62,521 bases of DNA, filler included, from Basidioascus undulatus (GCA_000826855.1; 6 parts of 6 records of this genome joined end to end with filler, not necessarily neighbours in it); one strand, 5' to 3'; positions 1-12,351 are shown, counted from the first letter of the whole stretch. Notes: generated by a model not told the origin, from the sequence alone. Numbers and translations are program-made.

Positions 1-796
1 CCTTCTTTTGCCCCTTCCTTTCCTCCCTTGCTTCACCTTATCTTTCTTCTTCTGGGGATATGGGTTCCAGGAGAAAGTAGGCTGATTTTGGGGAGGGGAT
101 GGTTCGACAGCGCTCATTGACGAGCGAACGACTGGCACAAGCCCCCAGCCGGCGGTTGTCGGATTGGGATCGCTGGGCGCGTTATTGAACGAGCCGCTGC
201 CACTGGCCAAGGCAGCGGCAGGAGGGAGCGCGTTGGAGGATGTAAAGAGGCTCTTTCCCAGCTGGGATAGTGTGGGGACACGGTAAGGGGAGCGCGCGGA
301 GGGGGGGATGAGGCTGGGCGCTACTTGAAAAAAAAAGAGAACGACCAAGTGGGGATGGGCAATCTGGTTTCTTCTGAAGGACTGGAATTCCAGAAACAGT
401 ACCTAATCAGCCGGATCGAAATTTCGCACGGTCCACTTTCCACCGCCCCCCATCCTTCCTTCCTCAGCCTCCCACACCAGACATAATCTCTTCTCCACCA
501 CCACTGCCTCCTCCTCCTCGTCTCCCACTAATCTCCCATCACCTCGCCATCCCCTCCGCCCTCGATTCGTCCGCCCTCCCCAGCCACCCTGCAAACCTAC
601 CGCCTGTGCACTCATCCGCGCGGCGGGGATTGAGTTCCTTCCCGACCTTGAGGATGCGAGGGCCGAGGTGGGGTGGTCTATGGATAAGTTTCTTGGGTTT
701 GAGGGGGTCTTTCCGGCGGGGCATGGCTTCATGAGGTTTCTTTCATCTCCAGACTGCCTATTCGGGTCTTTGCTGAAGGGGGATCGGTTTTCATAG

Positions 797-1910
797 TGCC
801 CCTCCCCGCGAGCCGTTCAGTACGGAGCGGTCGTCCCTTCGCCCTAGGCCCCGTCCATCGCACCCCACGAGCTTATCGCGTCTGCCAAGCGCCTCGATCA
901 GGCGCGCGTGCTGGAGGGCGGGTTCCAGATGGAGGCGACACAGTTTGGGGCACTGCTCGAGGATGAGCGGTAGGATACGTGCGTCGCTCTTTCCCCCTAT
1001 CTCTCCTTTCTCCGGAAGCTGAGATCCGTTTGTTTGCGATGGGAAAAGTGTGGAAGAGGTGTGGGACTGCGGTGCCCTTCCCTCCTCCGCCAGATGGCAC
1101 CGCATCCCGCCGCCCCGGTCCATCATCGGCGTCGGCCTCAAAGTCGAAAGCATGCCGCCGCCCGAGCACTCTATCAGGCCCCCTCTTCTCACTCAATTTC
1201 GTCGAAGCGATCAAGTCGCTCGGCGTGCATGCCCGACCCGTCCACAGTGCGTGTTCTCCCTTCCCTCCCCGCTCCCCGAAATCGAATTGACGCTTCGGGG
1301 ACGTGAACCAACAGCAACCCTAATGGCCTACCCGTTCTTCATCCTCCACTTCACACTGAGCACTGTCGCACTCTACCAAGCTGAGAACGAGCTCGCGGGT
1401 GGAGCCGCGAAGGCGCTCGCGATGCTGCGCAAGCTCAACCGGGCTGCAGCGTTGCCCTCGGCCGCTGATTCGGAGCCGCCGCTGTACATCTTTGGCGCTA
1501 CGATGGAGGGGCCTGGTGTCGGTTCTACATAGCCTACGAGGACCCGCCGCTGCAGTCTGGCACTTCGACGCGCATGGTGAGTCTCCTCACACACGCACTA
1601 CTGTCTTGGCACCCTCGCTGACACGCGACACGCTCTTCCCTGCAGAACATAGTCCCCTTCTGGGACGGCGACCTCATCAAGCCCTGGGACCTGTGCGGCC
1701 CCGTCCTGGTCGAGCGCATACGCGCTTGGGGGGTCGGAGGCTTTGCGCAGGAGCTGGACGGGAGGCTGGAGGCGCTCAGTGGGCGGCTTTCAGAAGCCAG
1801 AGATGGGGACGAGAAGTATGGGGAAGAGTTCGGGGTAGAAGATGGGGGAGAAGCGAGCGGGGAGGGATGGCAGGAAGTGAGGTGGTTGAAGTCCTGATGA
1901 ATTTAATTCG
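797..1910 (+). pseudogene. Frameshifted gene for a fungal PD-(D/E)XK-nuclease-like hypothetical protein (boundaries approximate)
   Basis: Spliced segments AYPFFILHF...LYQAENELAGGAAKAL...YIFGATMEGP, then a frame change at ~1518 to RFYIAY, intron ~1577-1645, then IVPFWDGDL...VERIRAWG. Family call is from memory of the motif pattern only. Confidence 0.35.
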
Positions 1911-2508
1911 CAGTCTTGTGCTACCGTGGAGCTTGCTCGTCGTTGCTTGCATTTTTTTTTACCTCTTGTATTTTGTGTCACTCTTAGATACCAAGGCTGT
2001 AAAGCGTTTTTGATCTACAGGCGACCCACAGCTCATCATTCGCGTCCGACGCAGTGCTGTGTCAACTGGTTCCTCGACACAGCGACATCGACGAGATTCC
2101 ATGAAACTGGTGCGGGAGCCTTGATACCCAAGGCTCACTTCAACATAGCAGCACCTGGAAATTTCTTTTTTTAGTTTCTCCGGTAGAGCGTCGTGTGTCG
2201 CAAGAAGCTGCAATCAGATAAGGTTCACGAGCACTGACAACTTGCTCGCAATCGAAATTCCCCTGCACCCCTGCTCTGACGAACAGCTTTACCCACCCTG
2301 AGGCTTCTAAAGCTCGTTCTGGAAAGATCCTACACTAATGCTCCTAGGCTCAGGATGCCGAACTTCCCATTTTCCCGTGTGAGTCGACAGTTAATGTTAC
2401 TCAGTGCGAGCTTGCCTCATCCATTCTCTTCGCACACGTACTTCTCCAGCCTTGCCTTCCCATCTCCCTCTGCTCCAAAATCAGCAATAATACCCACCTC
2501 CGAGTTAA

Positions 2509-2978
2509 TGTACCCTCTCCGACACCGCGCCTCCTCCCCCTCCCCGAGCCCCAACCTTCCCCGGCTCACAAGCTCATACCCCACCGCGGCGTCCGACAAC
2601 TGGCCTGATGAATTCCTCGCGTGGTTCTCGGACCTGAGCTCGACCGACGCTTCCGACCTCCAAACAGTGGCAGGGATGCTGCCGCTTGATGGTGGGTCGG
2701 TGATGAGCGCCAAGGAGGTCGAGGTGGATGGGTGGGCGACGAAGACGTCCAGCTTGGAGGAAGAACAGCGGTGGAAGACGGTGGAGGTTAGGGTGCTAGA
2801 AGAGGATGTGAGTATCTTCTCTTGAGTGCTTTGGAAGCTTTGTGTCTCTCTTAACAGGGCTTATTTGATGGGATGCTGGTGTCAAGATCGAGGAGCTCAG
2901 GATCTGACATCCCAACGCGAAGCGCGAACGGACGACGCTCCTGACGCGCGAGGCTCCGGACCCGCTGTGTATCTGATA
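2509..2978 (+). CDS. Short hypothetical protein or gene remnant
   Basis: ORF MYPLRHR...VLEED followed by a GTGAGT donor near 2808; no recognisable family. Confidence 0.2.
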
Positions 2979-4477
2979 GGCGGAGAGAGTGTGGGGATTG
3001 GTTGAACGGAGATTGTGATCACTTTGGTAATGAACACTGCAGTCTAGGGAGCATGCAATTCAGCACTGGGAAACGTTCGAGTATGGCACCGAGTGCGCCA
3101 GCTGCCAGGCGGCAACAGTCTGAGTGAGAACAGGTAAATATGCAGCGATACCTTCATCTCGTTGTTCGATGAAGGCACAAAGCGCGTGATGGAGATTTAA
3201 ACTTCTTTATAAGGTGCATGCTGATGGCGGACGGGCACTCAGGCAGTGCTGCCGCTGCGTTCGCACTCGATCTCCTGAGAATCGAAGCCATAGATCAGGC
3301 TGACGTACCATTCTGCAATGCATGTCGAAGTACTCACGTGGGGCACTATCTGGCGGCGCAGTGGCCGCGTGAAAGTGGGTCAGTGGAATCATGCCGCAAC
3401 GTTCTGTTCAGTCGCCTGCACCCTCTGCCATTTCTCGGAATGTTGCAGTTCGTGCGTCTCATATTAACCGAATCAGAACACTTTCACCTTCGTAAGCAGT
3501 ACCTCCATCCCCGTGTAGACTCTGTAAGAGGTGGTGAAAGCGCTCATTCGAGTCCGGGCCCGAGACCCCGCGCTTTGTCATCGGAACGCGTCTCGCTGCG
3601 ACGCTTGCGCATTCACCACGACCATCACATTCCCCATGGACGCTCCATTCGATCCCTCGACGTAGTACCTCTTTCATCCGAATCCACTGATATTTGGCAC
3701 CGAGGAACTTGACCAATTTCTGACATCTCTCGGCCCTGCGCCCGCTGCGGCTTCGAGTCCAATCAAATCCTGAGCTCGAGCTACCGCCGCACGCCCTCTT
3801 GAACGGCGCGTCGGGCCTTCCATCTTAGCGGGACTTTAGCGTGGAGAATGGGGAGGGTGCGGTGAATGCGGGTACAGCAGACGTGGCAGACGCGCCTGCG
3901 GCGACAGACCAGATCGGCACCTCGGAAAGTGAGCTTTCATCCTCACAACCCCCCCAATTTGGTGTTCAAAGAGGAGAACTGGATCGAGCGAAAGTCTTCT
4001 TCGACATCTTCGCAACCGTCGCCGTCTTCATCGTCGAACAAGACGACGTCGCCGGGTACGCCTTCGTCGTCGCATTGCCGTCGTCCCCAGACGCTGAAAC
4101 TGAAACGCTCGATTCGTGCAGTGGACGATGCACCGTCGGATCCGGTAGAGGTAAGCTGTTCAGTCCTGTTCGTCTTCCCAAGGCGTTTTCTAGCCAGTTA
4201 ACTTATTCCAAATTCCATACAGCGTCGGCGCGAGCGACACTGCATTAACCAGCGCGCACATCGGCAATGCAAGCTCGACCGCATCACCGAGGTGATTTCG
4301 GAACTCATTCTTAACACCACCCGCTTTACCTGAAATTTGACTGACCACTTCTCCTGGATCAGCCTCGGTGGCAAGCAAGATTCCGAACACGATCCTCGTT
4401 GTCTCTTCGGATCCCTGTGGGTGGTACTTGACGTTCTTGATATTCCATTTAGCCTCTCCACATTTTCAAGGACTTAT

Positions 4478-4488
4478 TAGTCCAGCGG
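4478..4488 (+). promoter_or_regulatory. Pol III A-box-like element in the leader of the permuted tRNA
   Basis: TAGTCCAGCGG fits TRGYNNARNGG and lies upstream of the B box GTTCAATCC (4512-4520). Confidence 0.6.
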
Positions 4489-4496
4489 CATTGATC

Positions 4497-4576
4497 ATGG
4501 TGAGGTCGGTCGTTCAATCCGGCCAATGGGCAATTCAGGTGCCCGTTTAGCTCAGTGGTAGAGCGCGCCACTCGTA
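4497..4576 (+). tRNA. Circularly permuted tRNA-Thr(CGT): 3' half 4497-4532, 8-nt spacer 4533-4540, 5' half 4541-4576
   Basis: 5' half GCCCGTT TA GCTC AGTGGTA GAGC G CGCCA CT CGT A; 3' half A TGGTG AGGTC GGTCG TTCAATC CGGCC AATGGGC A. Acceptor (7 bp), D (4 bp), anticodon (5 bp) and T (5 bp) stems all pair, allowing G-U. Confidence 0.85.
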
Positions 4577-4583
4577 CGGTCGC

Positions 4584-4588
4584 TTTTT
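4584..4588 (+). terminator. Pol III oligo-T terminator after the permuted tRNA
   Basis: TTTTT begins 7 nt after the end of the 5' half (…CGTA cggtcgc TTTTT). Confidence 0.65.
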
Positions 4589-5571
4589 ACAGCTCAAACG
4601 AGCAGGAGGGGGCCCCGCAATGCGGGTAAGCCCAGCCCGAAGACTCTGAAAAGCTGGTCTTTTGTCGACGGTTTTCAATTCAGTTGACGATTTCAAGTCG
4701 CAAAAGCAGGCGTAAAGCGCGTATACGGACATAAAGTGTGCGGAGTGGTGAGCTCAGACGCTTTGATCGCGATGATCCACTGACAGTCGATCTTTCAGCC
4801 AGACGTCCACTTCCTTTTTGTCTCCCTAGCTTTCGCATCAACTAACTGAAATTCGGTTTTGAAAGCAGTCCAATAAAGTCTGAGTAGTTAGCAGATGTTC
4901 GGATATGAGACGACGTTGAGTCGCCCGCCGATGCAGACCGGTGTCTGGGGGGAATTCGAACATTCTGTAACACACTTCAAACATGGAGATCCCTGTTTAT
5001 ACTTTCTGGAGCTGGGCGTGCTTAGTAGGGCAGTTGGATCGACCAGGGCTCGCCGGTGGCTGACACGAATGCCCGCGCCGCCGAAACTGTGGGTATAACT
5101 GCTATGAGGATGCTATTGTAAGCCAGCATGCCAGACATGTTGCTAAAGAATGAAAAGGGTAAAATCACCTGTTGCGCTGGCGCTGGCCCCCCAGTCGGTT
5201 GTTATTTCAATAGGTAGCGAAAACTTTAACGTGCTCTCTTCACACCCGGGTACCTCTGTCTACCGCCAATACACACGGCTTCGCAGGTCTGCCATAGATT
5301 CCGTAGAGACCTGAATGTATTCTGCATCCAAGGCCTTCGTGCCAGCCTGCCAGGACACCGATGCAACTTATGCGTTTCACCTCTCATCCGTCCACATGCC
5401 CGTTGCATGCGGCCCGCTTTGATCTCCTAGGCGATGCCCGGGAATTTTTCCTTCTTCCATGCTCCATGCTCTCCACTTGCGTGCCTTCGGTTATTTGTCC
5501 TCTTCCCCTCGTCTGCCACTCTACCCATTACGGCTCTGTCGCAACTAGTACCCATCCGCACATCCGCTTCA

Positions 5572-7122
5572 ATGTCTTCGCCTTCGCCGCCCGCTTCGCT
5601 CGCGCTCCCAGCGCTCGATCATCCACGCTCGTACCCATCCTCCTTGACTTAGTGTCAGACTGTATCAACCCTCCCCAAATCAGGGCTATCCGCGCCGTCA
5701 GCAAGGCTGTGGCGGAGGTCTGACGCCGGAAAGGGGGTTCGCGAGCCTAGAGGTTTCGGAGAGTGACGTAAGGCGATGGCGGAAGTGGTGAAGAAGGCAA
5801 CGGTTAGGAACGAGGTGTTAGCAGGCGTGAAGTGAGTTGTCCGCACCTGTGCAAGTCATCTGCAGGATTTCAAGCGCAACGCGGTGCTCATCGGAAAAAA
5901 ACATGCCAGGGAGCTGCACGTCGACGCGCCATTCAGCGACCTGCACATCAACGACGACGGCACCGACCGCCCGAAGTTCAACAATATAGCCTCATACATT
6001 CAGTCACTGTCCACACTACTGTCTTGCCTCCCTCGACTGCACATCCTCGACCTGAAGTTCTGCAAGGACCCGCTATAACCGTCCACTGGGGCCATGACTC
6101 CGCTGCCTTCCCACTTCTGCACCGCATCCTCGCCGCTTCGTTCCGCGCGCTGCGTGAGCTCGTTCTCGACGAGCTCGACCGAGAGCACTGGGACAGCCAC
6201 GACATCAAACGTCTCCCTCTCTCAGCCCACCTCTCTCCCTCGACTCGCCTCCCCGCGTTTCGCACCCTCTCCATCCGCAGGACCCGCGTAGTAGACGACG
6301 ATGGGTGCTGGATTCGGAGCTTATCCGAAACCAACCCCCAGGTCGCCACTCTGACAATCTGGACCCCGCCAGCCGATAGTCGGGCGGCTGTCTTCTGCCC
6401 ACCTCTCACCCCCGCCATCGTCTTTCCCGAGGTCACCACCCTTGGTCTGCTCGGCCCGTTGTCGATCGACGACCGCCTGCTGGAGGCGTGCCCGAGGCTC
6501 GAGAACCTGTCTATCGAGGGGCTCGACTCGAGCCCTCGCAACTACATAGGGATCTTCTCGCTTGCCCACAGCGCTACGGACGTTGAAGCTGGAGGAAGTG
6601 GCAGCGGCAGCAGACCGAGAGCTGTTGGAGGCCCTGGCTGAGATGCCATGCCGAGAGTCGCTCGAGAGTCTGGAATAGGCTAGATATCAACCGGGCAAAG
6701 AAGGTACGTCTACCTTCCGTCCTATTTTTGAAGGTAACAACTGTCTGACTTGCTCACCAGTCCGCTTCTCTCGCCCCTATCGCCGACACGCTCTCTCACT
6801 TCCCTCGCCTTCGCGAGCTCACTATTGACGCGATCTATCCCTTCCTTCCAGCGCATTCCGAGTTCTCCTCCGTGGGGTCCCCCGGAAGGTGCAGGGATGC
6901 ACTTTGGTCGGCAGAGATGCGACAGGCGCTGGCTGCGATGGCGAAGGACTGCGGGTCGCTTCGGAAGGTGGTGTGGACAGAATACTCGGAGAGGAGGTGA
7001 GGGGTCATCGTCCGGGAGGAGGGTGGGAAGAAGATGACGCAAGTGCGATTGAGCGAGGAAGAGGAGGATGGGTGTTATATTTCAAAGTGGGAGGAGATGA
7101 CTGTATGAGCTTCATCGGGTGA
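5572..7122 (+). pseudogene. Degenerate F-box/LRR-like gene
   Basis: LRR-like repeats (LPRLHILDL, FRALRELVLD, CPRLENLSIE) interrupted by in-frame stops (~5721, ~5763, ~6076) and frameshifts. Confidence 0.45.
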
Positions 7123-8072
7123 GGAAGAGCGTGTAGCCTAATCAAATGCTTCTTCAAGCCATGTGTTACAAGATATGTAGTTTTTCGGCTGTATTGTCAA
7201 ACTTTTTTCATTGGTACTGTGCCACCAATACGAGAGCTTGACGGCGAGGCTCAGCACGGCAACGGGTGCGCAAATGCATCCCTCGTTTTCGCGTGAGTTA
7301 GCGCTATCGTGACCGAGGCGCTACCACTCATGTCCGCAACAAGCGGACACACATCGCTCGAACTTCAGCTGGAATTGCTACAGCACACCTCCGTCCTCGC
7401 CAACGGAGCATAGACGGCGTGGAGAGTTCAGACGCACATTGACTCCTCGGTTTGCTTGGGGTTGTGAAGGCGGGAAATGCATGCTTTGTTCGATTCTTTT
7501 TTTCGCACATTCATTATTCGCTTCGTGCATCGCTGCAATCGAAAAGAGCGCGCTGGGCGTGCGTTAGGAGCTGTCCCTCGCACTACGGACTCACCATCCC
7601 CCATCCTCTCCCTTGCCCTGTGTTTACCTAATAGTTGGGAAAATATCTCGGACGGTAACATACAGGACTGAATAAGAGCACCCTCTGAATTTGATACTCC
7701 TTGCGGCTCAGGGCACGGTCTCCAAGTATTTGGTCTGGAAAAACACCATCGGTGCTCATCACACCTTCGCGAGTGATTTTTACGGTTGGGAACTGAAAAT
7801 CTCCTGGGTTAAATGGCTTTAAATGCGTGAACCATCGTTGCTGCTTCACAGGGAAAGTGAAAGTGCGATTGCTCGTATGCAAACTGTTGCTGCAGCTCCG
7901 GAAAGAATGCACATCATCTTCACACTGCTGAAAACACGACCTCCGTTTCTAACTGCAGTGCCCTGCATGTTATAATACTGCTTCTCGCTCGGTAATCAGG
8001 GCACTGTTCATCGTTTATCACCTCCCTTACCTAATTTATTTCATGCAATTAGCGTCTTAAACTCAGTTGCAT

Positions 8073-8145
8073 GGGCATTTGGTGTAGGGGCTATCACATC
8101 TCATTCGCATTGAGGGGGTCCCCGGTTCAATTCCGGGAATGTCCA
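8073..8145 (+). tRNA. tRNA-Ala(CGC)
   Basis: 73-nt cloverleaf, G3:U70 pair, anticodon loop TT CGC AT, GGTTCAATTCC B box, downstream T5. Confidence 0.93.
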
Positions 8146-9157
8146 GTCTTTTTGCTTTTACAACCAAGCCGGGTGCTTGTAACCAACTAGAGGTCAAGCT
8201 GCGAAGCGAGGCGGAACGGCCAACTTTTACGCAGCGTACGAAGAGTCTCCCAAGGGAGCCACTCGGCCCGGTCCGGCCTTTCGTTATATGAGCAAACCCG
8301 GGGTGGTACACTCGCATTCTCTACGAATCCCACAGAGTGGGAAGGGCTGCAGGTGCCAGGTCAGGCCGAAAACACTTCTTTACAGCCCGCTGCAGCTTCA
8401 CTGCGTCCACTCGGCATGAAGTCGCTTTGTAACATTACGCTCATTTCCAGGCCCAGAACATACAGGTATAGCTTGAAAGGGCATGAATAATCACCTTCAA
8501 GGAGAATCCCGGAAAGCGACCTGCATTATCCAGGCTGAGCTGCAGTTCCGCTTCACGTTCGTGAGCGACTTAGACCAGTAATCAACCAGACCTTCTGCAC
8601 TGCGGCAGTTTGATCGAGTATGTATACATTATTTTCGGCCCTGATTCTGCTTTTCTTCTTCTTACAGTCAGGTAGATCAGAGGGAGTGCTACGGGAGAGG
8701 AACCTACAGTAAGAGGCTGGCGAGACTGCGGCACCGCTTAGAGCATCTTCTGTTTAGTGCAATGGTCCTTCTTACTAGAGCATAATAACAACATGAGAGA
8801 CTTTTCAAGAATGTCTTCTTATCAACCGGAACTATCGCAGAACTGCCAGTGCGGTGTAGCCAGCCTCAGGCGGGCAAGTGGGCCGTGTCTTGCCGGTCTG
8901 GACGATCTTGAAATGCACGTAAACCCCATACTCACCGTTCTGAAGCATCTCTGGTATTCTTTTTTATTTCAAAATTGGCTTGCAGTGTGCGCAGTCGAAC
9001 GCTGAGGCGAACACCGACTGCGCACCTTGTTTGGCGCTCGCAGGACTCGCATGTTCAGCTTTCACGCGGAAACCAGAATTTGGGCGGGCAGCATGTCTTG
9101 CCTTCTCCCTTCACGCCCACCTCGTCTTCCTCGCTCGACCATCCCCCTCTAATCGTC

Positions 9158-12009
9158 ATGGGCAAGGCACAGACTAAAAGGCGCACGCGTCACAACCCGA
9201 TCCGGGTCCCGGATGCGCATATCTCGGGCTCTGGCGCGGGCGCAGCGCAGAAGAACAAGGAGGAGCAGGTCCTGCCGGTCCTCAACAAGGTGCGCTGCCC
9301 GCTCAAAAGCCGCCCCTAGGCTGAGGTTCACGAATGCGATGGGATGTTCAGATGAATTCGGCGGACTCCACCGATCGTGTATGGGCTTGTGCGGCGGTGT
9401 CGAACCTAATCACCAACGACCCGGCGACGCGAAGGCTGCTGCAGGGCAGGGGGGTTGTTGCGCTGCTCATTGAGCGCTTGACGGACTCTGTGCCGGATGT
9501 GGTGGGTGAGGCTGTCGGGGCACTAAGGTAAGCTTGGTATATTTATGGAAGACTATGGAGATGGCGATCAGCTGATGGCGCCGGGAGCAGGAATCTTTGC
9601 ATCGATGGCGGCCCGGAGATCTGTGCGGAGATGTTCAACAAGAACATCCTTGCCCCTCTGACCACTCACATTCCCAAAGTACGTATGATCGAGCTCCTTA
9701 ATGTCTGCGCTATGACTGATTGTCAGCATCGGGTCGTTGCAGATTACCGCCCTCGCGGAGCGCGTCGTGTCCGGCGCGAAGGCCGAAAACGACGAGGAGG
9801 CCACAGTGCGCAAGATGCTCTGGTCCTGGACGGAGAATGTCATCACGATCTTCTGGTGTCTCTCGTGAGTGCTCTCTATTAGGTCGCCTGTGGAAGTGGG
9901 TGACTGAGCGATGTGAGCGGGTGTAGGGAGACTTCCAACAAGGCGCTCCAAGCCGTCAACGCCTTGAACCTTCCGCCTTTCCTCGTCTCCTTCCTCCAAA
10001 CCCGCGAAAAAATTCCGATCCTGGCTGTCATTGCAGCAGGTGCGTTCTGAAACACTCGCTGCGGCTGAGAGTTGAGCTGATGGAACTACCCATAGCGCAC
10101 AGCCTCTACGTCCTTACCGAGGACAACCCGCCTGCGGTCTCGGCGATCCACAACGACGCCTCCTCTTTAAAGGCCCTCATCGACATCGCCAAGACCGAGT
10201 CTCCGGAGGGCAACGACCGGGCGCTCATGCTTCGCGTCCTTGCTTGCGGTGCGGTCTTCCTAGTTACTTTCTCCCTACCTGGATACTAATCGGAATCCGC
10301 TTTGCAGGTGTCCTTCGAAACCTCGCTCCCCTTCCCCCTCTCCTCGCCGACTCCACCATCGACCACGACCGCACCGTCCTTCTCCCCATCCTCACCAAGC
10401 TCATCAACCTCAACCTCGAGGAGCAAGCGAGCCGCGCGCTCACCCTGGCGTCCACTCTGGTCCGTCTTCCCTCAGAGGATATCCTGGCCCGAGTTCTGAG
10501 AAAAAGCCGCCTTTTTGAACGCAGCCCGAACCTGAAACCAAGAAGCCCGGCGCGCCCAAGTCCGACCACAAGACGGACGAGGAGCGCGAGCTCGAGGCCC
10601 TCGAGCGCCGGCTGATGACCCTGCAGCTCAGCTTGGAGGTCCTGACGAGCTTCTGTGCACAGATTCCTGAGGATGGTGCGTGAAGCGTTTTTGGCGGTCA
10701 GGTTATTTTGGCTTACACGCGCGCTGCGAGCAGATGCTGAGTGGGAAGACGAGGCGGAGGACGAGGAGGACGATGACGAGGAGATGACCGGGGACGATGT
10801 GGATGCGCTGCTGGAGTCTACGGGCGCTGTCGAGCCCGCTGAGAACGGCGACGAGGAGATGGATTCCGACGCGCCCGCGGCTGCGCCCGCCGCGCCCCTC
10901 CCCTCCACCCTAATCTACCTCATCCGCGACGCCGCGCTCCCGCAACACCTCCTCACGCTCTCGCGCCCGACCTCCCTCTCCTTCCCGCCTCTCGTCCCGC
11001 TGTCTTCCCCGCTCAAGCCCTCGCCGCATCCCCCGACGACAGCGATGCTCAGCGCGGCCCACCTCCGCGCGCTCGAGTGCCTCCAGAACCTCTTCCTCTC
11101 CTTCGCGCGCCACCTCCCCGCGCCCGGCGCGTCGGAGGAGCAGGCCGCGCCCCTCCGCGAGTTCGTCACGGAGATCGCCCAGCCGCTGCGCGAGATCTGG
11201 AACGCGCTGTTCATCGTCGCGGGCGAGCTGAGCGCCGGCACGGCGGGCGCGAACATGAAGGGTCAGGAGCTGAGGACGGAGTGCGTTGAGGCGGCTGTGG
11301 GTTGCATGTTCGGTGTTGCCCGACTGGGCACTGAGGTGTTGGTGCGTCTTCTTTCTGCGTTCACGGTACGCGGCATGCGCTGACGTGTTCCTCCCGGCCA
11401 CAGGAGGTCGACCCGAGCCAGATTCCCGGCTTGATCGAGTCGTGCAAGCAGACGCCGTCCGACTCGCTCAAGGCTAAGGCGATCGGCACGCTCGGCGCGC
11501 TGGCCCGTCGTCCCAACGCTGTCGGCGACAACCAGGTAAGTTCTCCTTTTCGACCTTCCTGTCCTCCCTCCCTTCGCTCTTAGTCGAAACTAAATTTTCG
11601 GCCTCCCCGGCCGTCACCAGACGATCGGCGCTTTCCTCATGACCGTCCTCTCCGCCCTCCCCACCTCCACCTCCGCCGCGCCAGCCGGTTCCACCTCCGC
11701 CGAGGTCATGATCGCCGCGCTCAACGAGGTGTACGACGTCTACGCGGACGAGAACGCGCCGTGGGACTCTGTCTTCCGGCAGGGCGGTTTCCTGCCCCAG
11801 CTCAAGGCGCTCGTGCCCAAGGTCCGGGCGGTGGTACGTTCTTTCCTCGGCTTTTCGTTCAGCAGAGGGAAGCGGGAGATGCTGATGGGTTGTTTTCGGA
11901 CGGACAGACGAGGGGCGTGGACCGAAAGCGGAACCCGGACTTGCGCGCCCAGGCGGACGAGGCGTACCAGAACCTGCTCGGCTTCATCCGGTACAGGCAG
12001 TCGGTGTGA
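9158..12009 (+). CDS. SYO1: ARM/HEAT-repeat ribosomal-protein import adaptor (Syo1/HEATR3 family), multi-exon
   Basis: Basic N-terminus MGKAQTKRRTRHNP, DRVWACAAVSNL...LIERLTDS...EAVGALRNLCIDGG, acidic loop, C-terminal ALNEVYDVYADE...ADEAYQNLLGFIRY; canonical introns. Confidence 0.75.
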
Positions 12010-12351
12010 ATAGATTAATGGCGTTTCATACGTTCGTTATACTGGATTTCATCGATTGTATGTGGCTTTCCAGAAGGGCGGAAGAACTGGCAAGACTTGA
12101 GGAGAGAACGGGCCTCGTTGTCTCTGTACAGAAGGGTCACACTGCTCACGGGAGTCTCAGCAAGTGCTTACTGCAGAGTCTCGTTCCTGCGACAAACAGA
12201 ACTCGTAATTGTAATAAATGCACACCAACAAAGGCATGGAAGAGATAGCGGAAGTCACACCTCGCGCAGCTTGCCTTGACTCGCGGCCGACGAAGCAGTC
12301 CCCATTCGGTCTTGCATCCTTTGCTTGCTTGTGCAAACGAGCAAAAGCATT

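Noticed and set aside
4541..4700. Reading the Thr 5' half as an ordinary intron-containing tRNA
   Set aside because: No T arm, B box or complementary acceptor strand lies downstream and T5 follows within 8 nt; the matching half is upstream.
8165..8420. SRP RNA downstream of tRNA-Ala (GCCGGGTGCTTGTAACC)
   Set aside because: Only an Alu-like word is present; no convincing helix 8 motif or terminator.
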